Origin: an uncultured delta proteobacterium
Lineage (GTDB): Bacteria > Myxococcota > Myxococcia > Myxococcales > Anaeromyxobacteraceae
Assembly: GCA_963766715.1 (NCBI GenBank)
Contig: CAVYBH010000015.1
Coordinates: 32,001-96,000, forward strand
DNA length: 64,000 nucleotides
Direction: 5' to 3'
Numbering within the stretch: the stretch's first letter is position 1; each line of letters starts with the position of its first letter. Both the position numbers and the translations under genes were made by a program. Of the stretch, positions 9,792-19,274 are shown piece by piece. Under the pieces are notes generated by a model. It did no database searches and had not been told where the DNA came from. It was given only the letters and a program-made list of their open reading frames with translations.

Positions 9792-10232
9792 CTACTTTCC
9801 CGCCCCCGATACCCCGACCTCGAGCGTGTAGCTCGTGCTCTCGTTGCGACGAGCGGCGCTCCGCATCAGGTAGACGCGGATCGTGTAGTCGCCGTCGACC
9901 GGCAGGGGTCCCTCGAAGCGGTTGCCCGAGGTGGAGCCGACGAAGAATGCCTCGGCGGCGCCGGACTGCATCACGTTGAAGTACGCGGACGGGTTTCCTG
10001 GCTTGAAGGTCACGACCATGGACTGTCCCGCGGCGGCCCGAACCTTGTAGTCCACGGTCTCGTCGCCCTTCAGCTTGCCCTTCAGGGTGGCGCTGGTCTG
10101 GCCCTTCTCGAACCGGACCTGCACTTCCCGGACCGTCGGGCCGGCCGAGGCCACGATCGGCGCGAGCAGCGAGCCCGCCAGGAACATCGCGAACAGGGTG
10201 CGAGGGGTCATCGTGGCAGCAACCTGCCTCAT
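9792..10232 (-). CDS. PliG-like (g-type lysozyme inhibitor-like) exported protein
   Basis: Signal peptide; VRFEKGQTSATLKGKLKG..DYKVRAAAGQ..LPVDGDYTIRVYLMRSAARRNESTSYTL resembles the PliG pattern. Start may be at 10211. Confidence 0.65.
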   Translation of the reverse strand: MRQVAATMTPRTLFAMFLAGSLLAPIVASAGPTVREVQVRFEKGQTSATLKGKLKGDETVDYKVRAAAGQSMVVTFKPGNPSAYFNVMQSGAAEAFFVGSTSGNRFEGPLPVDGDYTIRVYLMRSAARRNESTSYTLEVGVSGAGK

Positions 10233-10276
10233 TTGGCTTTGACTGCCAATGGCTGCAGGGTTAGCAAGTCCGCGCG

Positions 10277-10732
10277 ATGCCCACTGCCCTGCCCGACCGC
10301 ATCGACAAGCAGGTTCTGCTCCATGCGCCGAAGGCCCGCATCTGGCGCGCCCTCACCGATTCCGCGGAGTTCGGCACCTGGTTCGGGGTGAAGCTCGACG
10401 GACCCTTCGTCCCCGGCGAGCGCGTCTCCGGACACATCACGCACCCGGGCTACGAGCACCTCCGGATGGAGGTCTGGGTCGAGCGGATGGAGGCGGACCG
10501 GCTCTTCTCCTTTCGCTGGCATCCGTACGCCGTGAATCCCGACGTGGACTACTCGGTCGAGCCCGCGACGCTCGTCGAGTTCCTGCTCGAGTCGGCCGAG
10601 GGAGGAACGCGGCTCCGGGTCGTGGAGTCCGGTTTCGACGGGATCCCGGAAGCGCGGCGCGACGAGGCCTACCGGATGAACAGCGGTGGATGGGAGCAGC
10701 AGATGAAGAACGTCGAGCGCCACCTGGGATAA
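10277..10732 (+). CDS. SRPBCC/AHSA1 family protein
   Basis: RIDKQVLLHAPKARIWRALTD..WFG..FSFRWHP..TLVEF..GTRLRVVESGF..GWEQQM. Confidence 0.92.
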   Translation: MPTALPDRIDKQVLLHAPKARIWRALTDSAEFGTWFGVKLDGPFVPGERVSGHITHPGYEHLRMEVWVERMEADRLFSFRWHPYAVNPDVDYSVEPATLVEFLLESAEGGTRLRVVESGFDGIPEARRDEAYRMNSGGWEQQMKNVERHLG

Positions 10733-10911
10733 TCGGACGCTTGGGGGAACCCATGTGATTCCGGGCACCCGGAATGCGCTTCCGGCTCGCGAGGAGCCTC
10801 GCCGCCTGACCGATGTGTGCGCATTCCGACATTTCCCAGGAGGAAGGGACTCGCTAGCATGTTCCTCGTCCTGCCCCCTGCGGGGCATCCGGACGTCCTG
10901 GAGGGGACATC

Positions 10912-11748
10912 ATGACGACGACGCATCGGTGGTTCGGCCTTGGCGCGGCGCTCCTGCTCGCAGGGTGTGGCGGGAGCAGCACCTCGCAGACGAACGCGGC
11001 GGCCAGCACCCCCTTCACCTACGGCCAGTCCCAGCCGGCCACCGCCGACCAGACGGGAGCGATGGGCGGGACGGTCGCGAGCATCGACGCCTTCCTGGCC
11101 TCGCCGGGAACGGGCTCGGGTCTCGGCGCCGCGGACGCGGGCAGCGTCACCGGAGCCATCCTCCAGGGAGGCGGGGTGGATTCCTTCTCGCCGTCCGCCG
11201 TGGGCGCGACCGGGGCGTCACCCTTCGACGTCCCTTCCTGCGCCGTCGTCTCGAGCGGCAAGGTCACCTTCACCGGCTGCAAGGTCACCGTCTCGCAGAC
11301 GAGCGGCAGCACGTCGACGAACGGCTCGGTGACGGTGAACGGCGACGTCTCGCTGTCCGCCGACCATCGGACGCTCACCTGGGATCTCACCTACGGGGTC
11401 GCGCTCACCATGAGCGGCACGAGCGCACTCTCGATGTCCGGCACCCAGCACTCGACGGGAACCATCGTGACCACCGCCACGTCGGCCGTGGGCGACATCG
11501 CCTCCGAGGTCTCCCTGACGGTCTCCGCCGGCGGCCAGACGGTGTCCGCGGCGGTCGACGAGAGCCTGACCTTCGACGTCACCCGCTCCGACACCTGTGC
11601 CACCGGCGTGACCGGCGGGACGCTCGAGGCGAAGCGCGTCTGGACTTCGCGGCCGGCCGGCGCGTCGTCCGCGGATCTCCCGGACGAGGCCGCCAAGATC
11701 ACGTGGAGCGGCTGCGGGGCGGGCACGATCCAGTTCGGGAATCGTTAG
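10912..11748 (+). CDS. Hypothetical Ser/Thr/Gly-rich beta-strand lipoprotein
   Basis: Lipobox LLAG-C; GGAGG RBS; four further Cys. Confidence 0.8.
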   Translation: MTTTHRWFGLGAALLLAGCGGSSTSQTNAAASTPFTYGQSQPATADQTGAMGGTVASIDAFLASPGTGSGLGAADAGSVTGAILQGGGVDSFSPSAVGATGASPFDVPSCAVVSSGKVTFTGCKVTVSQTSGSTSTNGSVTVNGDVSLSADHRTLTWDLTYGVALTMSGTSALSMSGTQHSTGTIVTTATSAVGDIASEVSLTVSAGGQTVSAAVDESLTFDVTRSDTCATGVTGGTLEAKRVWTSRPAGASSADLPDEAAKITWSGCGAGTIQFGNR

Positions 11749-12018
11749 CCGCGGGTCGTCGCGTGCTGCCTCGTCGCGGGGCCCTCCCGGGTGGGGGCCT
11801 TCGCGGGGCGTGATCGTGGCCCTGGCTCGCCCGGGGTGCGCCGTCATGACCCGCGGGGCGCTCGGACCCGGATGGAATGGCGCGAAGTCTCGGGAATCCC
11901 TCGGCGTCGAGGCGGCACGAGCGATGCTCTCCCCTCGGAATCCCCGCAGGGAGCGGGTGCCTCATCTGCCCGCGACACGAACGGGTCTCTTCGCTTCGCC
12001 CCACGCCTCGAGGTCACC

Positions 12019-12366
12019 ATGAACAGGATGTTTCGGTATGGCGCCGCGCTCCTCCTCGTCGGTGCGATGTCGGCATGCGGCGGCTCCAGTTCTCCGTCTG
12101 GCCGCACCGTGACCATCTCCTGGGCCCCGAACAGGGACGCGGGCGTGAACAAGACGGGGGGCGGCTACCGGATCACCATCCCCGGCCAGCCCACGGTCAA
12201 CGTCCCCTACGTATCCGGATCGGCTGCTCCGACCTCGACGGACGTCACGCTCCCTTCGGGCACCTACACGGTCACGGTCGTGGCGTATGCGGCCCTCGAT
12301 GCCCAGGGAGGCGCCACGGGTAGCTCGAGCGCGCCTTCCACCCCCATCACGGTCACGGTGCCGTGA
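12019..12366 (+). CDS. Small lipoprotein with fibronectin type III-like domain
   Basis: Lipobox AMSA-C; VTISW..GYRITI..LPSGTYTVTVVAY..SSAPSTPITVTVP; GAGGT RBS. Confidence 0.72.
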   Translation: MNRMFRYGAALLLVGAMSACGGSSSPSGRTVTISWAPNRDAGVNKTGGGYRITIPGQPTVNVPYVSGSAAPTSTDVTLPSGTYTVTVVAYAALDAQGGATGSSSAPSTPITVTVP

Positions 12367-12383
12367 TGCACCCAGGAGGAACC

Positions 12384-14237
12384 ATGACAACCCGTTCCGT
12401 CGTCCTCGCTGGTCTCCTGCTCTCCCTCCTCGTCCCGGCTGGCCATGCGCTGGCTGCCGGCACCGGACTGCAATCCGTCACCGATGGTCTCGGAACGTAC
12501 GTTCCCGGCGAGGTCCTCGTGAAGTTCACGCCGGGCGTCACCGCCCGCGCCAGGGCAGCGTCGCTCGCGTTCCAGGGGCACGCGCTCATCGCCGAGCTCC
12601 CCGAGCCGGGCTGGGCACAGGTTCGGCTGGAAGCCGGCCAGACCGTGGCCGGCGCGCTGGCGGCCTACCGGAGCAATCCCGGCGTGGAGTACGCCCAGCC
12701 GAACTACGTCTACCGGCCCTCGGCGATACCCAACGATCCGATGTACGGGCAGCTGTGGGCCCTGAAGAACACGGCCCAGACCATCTCGAACGCTTACACC
12801 CAGCCTCCGGGCTCGCCCGTTCCCTACGCCACCAACAATCCCGGCACGTCGGGCAACGACATGAATCTCGAGAAGGCCTGGGACACCATCACCGACTGCG
12901 GCGGCGTGGTGGTGGCCGTCCTCGACACCGGCGTCAACTACAACCAGCAGGACCTCGCCGCCAACATGTGGACCACCGCGGCCTACCCCAAGCACGGGAA
13001 GAACTTCATCGACAACAACGACGACCCGATGGACGGCGAGGGCCATGGCACGCACGTGGCAGGCACCATCGGCGCGGTGGGCAACAACGGGCTGGGCGTC
13101 TCCGGCGTGTGCTGGAAGGCGTCCATCATGGCCGTGCGGGTGCTCGGCGTGGGTGGCGGCAGCACCGCGACCATCATCAGCGGGATCGACTTCGCCATCG
13201 CGCAGGGGGCAAAGGTCATCAACATGAGCCTGGGCGACAACAACCCGCTCGATCAGCTCTTCAGCAACGCCATCACGAGGGCCAGGACCGCCGACATCGC
13301 CGTGGTCGTGGCCGCCGGGAACGAGAAGGCCGACAACGACGACGCCACGACCCCCACGTGGCCTTGCAACTTCTCGAAGACCCTCGACAACGTCGTCTGC
13401 GTCGCCGCGCTCGACCAGAAGTACGCCCTCGCCGCCTTCTCGAACTGGGGCGCCACGACCGTCACCGTCGGGGCTCCCGGGACGAACATCCTGAGCACCT
13501 GGGCGGGGACGGCCTCGAGCATCCAGGACCCGCTGAACGCCGCGACCGCCGGATGGACGCTCAGTGGATGGTCCTACCTGGCGTGCATCACCACGGGATC
13601 ATGCCTCGTCGACCCGTCGAACTTCCCGGACGGCCTCTACGCCAAGAACGCCGACAACCGGGCGTACAAGACCTTCGCCGTCGGCGCGGTGGACGTCGCG
13701 GTCCTGAAGTTCTACACGGATTTCACCGTGGCCGCCGGCGACACGTTCAAGATCGGCTACCAGGCAGGGGCCTCCGGCATCGATCCCTTCGCGGGTGGCG
13801 GGACGATCCTGGCCGCCACGAACGCGACGACGGGAGAGGGCACCGGCGGAAAGTTCATCGAGCTGGGGTACAACGTGACGGCTTGCAAGAGCTCGAGCTG
13901 CAACATCGGATACCAGCTCCTGTCCGGGAGCACGGGCTCCGCCGCGAAGGGAGTGGCGGTCGCGGCCTTCGAGATCTCGATGCTGAACTGGAACGCCACG
14001 AGCTACAACACGATCAACGGAACGTCCATGGCGACCCCGGCGGTGGCAGGCGTGGTGACGCTGGTTCGCGCCTACAACCCGCTGTACACCTACGCCGACG
14101 CGGTGAAGTCGGTCACGGCATCGGGCCGCGCGGTGAGCAGCCTGGCCGGCAAGACCGTCACGGGAAGGGCCGTCGACGCCATGGCGGCGCTGGCGTTCAT
14201 CCAGGCGCCGACCGGCGTGTCGGCCACGGTGAAGTAG
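12384..14237 (+). CDS. Secreted S8 (subtilisin-family) serine peptidase with prodomain and inserted beta domain
   Basis: Sec signal peptide; prodomain VPGEVLVKF..EYAQPNY; catalytic VLDTG, HGTHVAG, AAGN, NGTSMATP; AGGAGG RBS. Confidence 0.96.
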   Translation: MTTRSVVLAGLLLSLLVPAGHALAAGTGLQSVTDGLGTYVPGEVLVKFTPGVTARARAASLAFQGHALIAELPEPGWAQVRLEAGQTVAGALAAYRSNPGVEYAQPNYVYRPSAIPNDPMYGQLWALKNTAQTISNAYTQPPGSPVPYATNNPGTSGNDMNLEKAWDTITDCGGVVVAVLDTGVNYNQQDLAANMWTTAAYPKHGKNFIDNNDDPMDGEGHGTHVAGTIGAVGNNGLGVSGVCWKASIMAVRVLGVGGGSTATIISGIDFAIAQGAKVINMSLGDNNPLDQLFSNAITRARTADIAVVVAAGNEKADNDDATTPTWPCNFSKTLDNVVCVAALDQKYALAAFSNWGATTVTVGAPGTNILSTWAGTASSIQDPLNAATAGWTLSGWSYLACITTGSCLVDPSNFPDGLYAKNADNRAYKTFAVGAVDVAVLKFYTDFTVAAGDTFKIGYQAGASGIDPFAGGGTILAATNATTGEGTGGKFIELGYNVTACKSSSCNIGYQLLSGSTGSAAKGVAVAAFEISMLNWNATSYNTINGTSMATPAVAGVVTLVRAYNPLYTYADAVKSVTASGRAVSSLAGKTVTGRAVDAMAALAFIQAPTGVSATVK

Positions 14238-14245
14238 GAGGCGGC

Positions 14246-14587
14246 ATGCGGGCTCTCGTCCTCTGTCTGGCGGCGGTCCTGATCCCCGGTGGTGCCGGGT
14301 GCGCAGGATCGCCGCCGAGCCCCGCCGAGGGACCTGCGAGCCCTTCCCCCACCCGGTCGGCCGTGCCGGGCGAGTACCTCGTCACAATCGCGCCCGGCGC
14401 GGGCGCCGGGGTGGTCGAGCAGGTGTACGGGCGCTTCGGGATCAAGAAGACCCAGGACCTGGGGAACGGGGTCGTCCTCGTGGCCCTGAAGGAAGACCCG
14501 GGGCTTGCGCGGATGACGGAGCTGCAGGCGCAGGACCCGCGGCTCACGGCGGTCCAGCCGAACTTCGTCTACAGGGCCCTTCACTGA
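14246..14587 (+). CDS. Lipoprotein consisting of a stand-alone subtilisin prodomain (I9/fervidolysin-prodomain-like)
   Basis: AGGAGG RBS; lipobox-like GGAG-C; VPGEYLVTI...AVQPNFVYR parallels the prodomain of the upstream protease. Confidence 0.72.
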   Translation: MRALVLCLAAVLIPGGAGCAGSPPSPAEGPASPSPTRSAVPGEYLVTIAPGAGAGVVEQVYGRFGIKKTQDLGNGVVLVALKEDPGLARMTELQAQDPRLTAVQPNFVYRALH

Positions 14588-16280
14588 GCGATCCGGGCCC
14601 GGAACTCCGCTGTCCGAGCCGGCGGCTGGCCGGGTCGCTCCTGGCGCTCCTCTCCGCCGCCTGCGCGACCCCGGCGACAATCTCGAGGAACGTCGTCCAG
14701 ACGGACACAGGCGCCGTCCGGGGCGTCGAGCGCAACGGCGCGCTCGAGTTCCGCGGCATCCCGTTCGCCGCTCCCCCGGTGGGCGACCTTCGCTGGGCCC
14801 TGCCCCAGCCGGCCGCGGCCTGGCCGGGCGTTCGCGACGCGACCACCTTCGGCAACGCCTGCCCGCAGACCCGGCGCTTCGAGCTGACCGAGCGCAGCAC
14901 GACCGAGGACTGCCTGTTCTTGAACGTCAGCGCCCCACCCGACCTGGCGGCCGGGGAGAAGCTCCCGGTGCTGGTCTGGATCTACGGCGGAGCCTTCGTC
15001 GGCGGCTCCGGGAGCCTCTACCGGCTCGACAAGCTCGCGACGCGGGGACGGATGGTCGTGGTCTCCATGAACTACCGGATGGGCGTCCTCGGCTTCATGG
15101 GGATCCAGGGGATCGACGGCGACTTCAACGGCGACGTGGGGCTCGAGGACCAGCGATACGCGCTTCGCTGGGTGCAGCGAAACATCGCGGCCTTCGGAGG
15201 GGATCCGGACAACGTCACGGTGGGCGGAGAGTCGGCCGGAGCCGGCTCCACCTGCATGCACCTCATCAGCCCGGACCGCGTGAAGGGGCTCTTCCACAAG
15301 GCCATCGTCCAGAGCGGCGGCTGCCTGCAGCCCATGCCCACCCTCGCGAAGGCAATCGACGACGGCGACCCGAAGAGCCCCCCCATGTGGAAGAAGGTGG
15401 CGACCGAGGTGGGCTGCGGCGACGCCTCCGACGTCGTCGGGTGCCTCCGCGCCGCATCGGTCGACCAGCTGCTCCAGGCGCAGGGCAGGCTCAGCGTCGG
15501 GATCATGGCCCTCGGCCCGGTGGTCGGGAACGGGACCGTGCCGGCCCAGGCGGCGGACGCGGCGAGGACGGGCGCCGTGATGCGCGTGCCCTTGCTCATG
15601 GGCGGCACCCGCGACGAGCTTCGCCTCTACGTGGCCTACTCGAAGCTCTTCTCCCCCTTCCTGTCCGACTACTCCGAGGCGGGGCTGCGGAAGGACTGGC
15701 TCCCCACCTACTACGGGCCGGATGCGCCCGACCCCACCCACCCCGGCCAGACCCGGTACGAGTCGATCCTGAAGGAGTACCGGGTCGCGGAGGGCATGGA
15801 CGGGGCACGCCTCGGCTCGATGCTGTCCGACCACCAGGAGGCGGTCGGCCTCGACAACTGCCTGTACCTCGAGACCTCCGACGCCTTCCTGGACTGGGTG
15901 CCCGCCATCTACCAGTGGGAGTTCGCCGACCCCGCCGCGCTCGTGCTGGGGGTGGGCATCGCCAAGGGAATGGACCCCGGGTTCGCGCTGGGGGCCGTCC
16001 ATTCCTCCGAGCTCAACTACCTCTTCCCCCACCTGTCGAACACGGCGGCCATCGACGCCCCCGACCTCCCGCCGGCCTCCGAGGCCATGGGCGACCAGCT
16101 CGTGGCCTACTGGGCGAGCTTCGCGAGCACCGGGCCCCGGCGCCGGCCGGCCAGCCTTCCTGGCCCCGCTACGTGAAGGGCGGGACGAAGGTCATGCGCT
16201 TCACTCCGGGGAACGTGGCGCCCCACGACGCGCACGCGGCGCACCGGTGTGCGTTCTGGAGCACCCTGGGCAGGAACTGA
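14584..16280 (+). CDS. Type-B carboxylesterase, probable lipoprotein; frameshift at ~16135
   Basis: [58 protein letters not shown]; lipobox LSAA-C. Start uncertain. Confidence 0.9.
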
Positions 16281-16295
16281 CCCCGGCCAGCGCCT

Positions 16296-17542
16296 TCAGC
16301 CCAGGTCCTTCTCCTCCACCCGGTCGGCCGAGATGGCGTCGGCCTCGTGGTCGCGAAGCCGCAGCGCGGCCCTCTCCTTGCGGTACTCCCGGTACCACTC
16401 GCTCGCCACGATGAGCGACATGACCTCGTTGGTGCCCGGTCCAGATGGAGGCCAGCCGCAGGTCGCGGACGATGCGCTCGATCGGGAAGACGTTGGTGTA
16501 GCCGATGCCGCCCATCACCTGCATGCGTTGTGGGCCACCTTCTGGCAGGACTCGGTGACGAACTTCTTGGTCTCCGAGACCAGGCGCCGGATGTTGGCGG
16601 GCGGCGCTCCGGCGACCACGGCGCGGCTGGTCGTGTAGACCATGGCCCGCGCCGCGTCGAGCAGCATGGCGGCCTCGGCGACCTGGAAGCTCACCCCCTG
16701 GAAGTGGTTGATGGTCTGGCCGAAGGCCTTGCGCTTGAGCGGTGTAGCGCGTGGCGATCTCGCAGCGCCGGGCGCGCCGCGCCGATGGTCATGGCCGCGG
16801 TGCCGAGCCGCTCCGGGATCATCATCGTGTTGAAGACCGCGGCCCCGCCGTGGACCGTGCCGAGCAGGTTCGCCTGTGGGCACCCGCACGTCCTTGAAGA
16901 CGACCCGGCCGCGCCGCCGCCGCGGCAGCCCATCAGCCCGTAGAGGTACTCGGTCTCCACGCCCGGGGCCGCGATCGACGATGAAGCAGCTGATCGCCTG
17001 CTGCGGCTTGGCCGACGGGGTCGGTGCGCGCGTAGACCAGGAAGTAGTCGGCCGCCTCGCCGCCGACGATGAAGCGCTTCTGGCCGTTGAGCAGGAAGTG
17101 GTCGCCGCGCCGCTCGGCGGGTGGTGGTGCCGAAGAAGTCCGAGCCGCCGCGCGGCTCGGTCAGGCACTCGGCCGCGAAGATCTCGCCCCCCAGGAGCGG
17201 CTTCACGTACTGCTCGTGCTGCGCGTCGGTGCCGTGAAGACGATGGCGTCGCAGACCAGCTCCGCGCCCACGCCGAACACGCAGGCGAAGATGTAGCCGA
17301 GCGTGCCGACCTCCTCGATGACCATGGAGGTGCCACCCAGTCCATCCCGCGGCCGCCCCACGCTCGGGTAGCGGACCCCGAGCAGGCCGCGCCTGCCGGC
17401 CTCGCGCAGAAACTCCTTGGGGAAGCGGATCTTGCTCCTCGTCCATGTCCAGGATCATCTGGCGCGGCACCCAGCGCACCAGGTCGCGCACCTCCTCGCG
17501 CAGGGCCTTCTGCTCCCGGGTCAGCAGGAAGTCGAACATCAC
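16296..17542 (-). CDS. Acyl-CoA dehydrogenase; multiple frameshifts
   Basis: Fragments [65 protein letters not shown]. Confidence 0.9.
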
Positions 17543-17546
17543 GTCC

Positions 17547-17969
17547 TCAGCGGACGTCGCCGGGGTGGATGGTCATCACCGGGCACCCGGCGTTTCGCAC
17601 GACGCTCTCGGTCACCGAGCCCGCGAGCATCTTCTCTCGATCCACGCGACCGTGCGTCCCCATGACGATGAGGTCGACTCCGTTCCTGGCCGCGTAGTCG
17701 ACGATGACAATCTCGGCCTGGCCCGTCACGCGCTGCAAGGTGACGTTGCCCACCCCCAGCCGCTTCGCGTCCGTCTTCCAGGCGGCGAGCGTCGTATCGA
17801 TCAGCTCGACATCGGCCACCTCCTCGGCGACCTTCCCCCCTCCGTCGACGTGCAGGAGGACGAGGTCCGAACCCAGCCGGCTGCACAGGTCCGCGGCGAC
17901 GCTCAAGGCGGCCTGCGTGGGTTCGGAGAAATCCACCGGACAGCAGATGGTCTTCCATTTCATTGCCAT
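17547..17969 (-). CDS. Universal stress protein (UspA family)
   Basis: WKTICCPVDFSE; DLIVMGTHGR..AGSVTESVVRNAGCPVMTI. Confidence 0.93.
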   Translation of the reverse strand: MAMKWKTICCPVDFSEPTQAALSVAADLCSRLGSDLVLLHVDGGGKVAEEVADVELIDTTLAAWKTDAKRLGVGNVTLQRVTGQAEIVIVDYAARNGVDLIVMGTHGRVDREKMLAGSVTESVVRNAGCPVMTIHPGDVR

Positions 17970-18015
17970 GATGCCCTCCGCTCCTTCCTCGGCGCCATCC
18001 TGCCTGCGGGTCGCG

Positions 18016-19158
18016 TCACCGTGCCGCGACGGCGAGCGGCGGAGCCTTCACCGGTCCGTTCAGCTTTCGCCGGACATGCTCGCCCAGGAGGAAGCGGAGG
18101 CGCTCGCAATCGACCTCGAGCGTTCGATCGACCTCCGGGTCGCCCAGTAGACCGCGCGTGCGGATCGTGTCGAAGACGGGCTCCTGCGAGAAGATGTAGG
18201 GCTCGTACACCTCGATGCCGTGGCGAAGGGCCTGCTCTTCATCGGAGAGGACCTCGGGCAGCGCTCCGGTGAGGCGCAGGCAACGGATCCCGAGCAGCTC
18301 GACCATCGCGGAGTAGAGCTCCCGGACGCTCACGGTGCGCGGGTTCACGAGGTGCAGCACCGAGCCCGGCGGCGGCCCCGCACGGACCGCGGCGAGCAGG
18401 AGCCGGATGACGTCGTCCACGCAGATGAGGTTCTTCTCCACCTCGTCGTGGCCGAGGACCGCGAAGGCCCCCGCGGGAAGCGCCGCCACGGCGGCTTCCC
18501 CGTACTTGCCCTCCAGCATCGTCCGGAAGCGCCAGAGCACCTTCAGGGCTCCGTAGATCATCTTGTCCGACTCGGCCGCGCCGTTTCGCGAGTCACCCAC
18601 GATGATCGACGGACGCAGGATGACCCAGTCGAGCCCCGATGCCCCCACGAGCCGCTCGGCCTCGTACTTGGACTCCTCGTACGGGTTGCAGAAACGGGGC
18701 GCTGGCGCGAGCAGCTCCTCCCGTACCTTCTCGCCGGGGCGGACCCCCGCCACGTAGGCCGTGGAGACGTGGAAGAGCTTGCCCGGCCGTTCGAGGCTGC
18801 GGAGGAACGCGATCAGGTTCCTCGTGCCCTCGACGTTGGCCTGGAAGGTCTCGGCGCGCCGGACCTCCTTGAAGTCGGTCCTCGCGGCCAGGTGGAAGCA
18901 GGCGTCGAGCGCTTCCGGGACGCCGTGCACGCCCTCGCGCGGCTCCAGGCCGAGCCCCGCGAGCGTCACGTCTCCCTCGACCACGTGGAAGCGCGGGTGA
19001 CCCACCAGGTCCCGGAGCTCCGGCCGCTGGGTCGGGAGCCCACCGTCCTTTCCTCGCGCCAGTGCCCAGACGTGAAGCTCGGGGTCGTCGCGGAGGAGCG
19101 CGCGCGTGAACACGCGGCCGACGAAGCCGGTCGCGCCCGTGACCAGTGCCTTTCGCAT
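18016..19158 (-). CDS. Extended SDR / NAD_binding_4 (thioester/fatty acyl reductase-like) oxidoreductase
   Basis: LVTGATGFVG, FHLAA, ANVEGT, HVSTAYVAG, NPYEESKYEAE, ILRPSIIVGDS. Confidence 0.88.
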   Translation of the reverse strand: MRKALVTGATGFVGRVFTRALLRDDPELHVWALARGKDGGLPTQRPELRDLVGHPRFHVVEGDVTLAGLGLEPREGVHGVPEALDACFHLAARTDFKEVRRAETFQANVEGTRNLIAFLRSLERPGKLFHVSTAYVAGVRPGEKVREELLAPAPRFCNPYEESKYEAERLVGASGLDWVILRPSIIVGDSRNGAAESDKMIYGALKVLWRFRTMLEGKYGEAAVAALPAGAFAVLGHDEVEKNLICVDDVIRLLLAAVRAGPPPGSVLHLVNPRTVSVRELYSAMVELLGIRCLRLTGALPEVLSDEEQALRHGIEVYEPYIFSQEPVFDTIRTRGLLGDPEVDRTLEVDCERLRFLLGEHVRRKLNGPVKAPPLAVAAR

Positions 19159-19274
19159 CTTCTTGCCCCCCTTCCCTGGTCGATCTCGCCACTTGTTCGA
19201 TTGGCGGTAAACGGCCGGGAATCCGGCAAAAGGGGTCCCTCGTAGGTGTCGCCCCGGGCATGGCGCAGCCAGCG

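Noticed and set aside
8958..9979. C-terminal extension of the LysR ORF to 641 aa
   Set aside because: Caused by the 1-nt insertion at ~8831; it runs antisense through two real genes.
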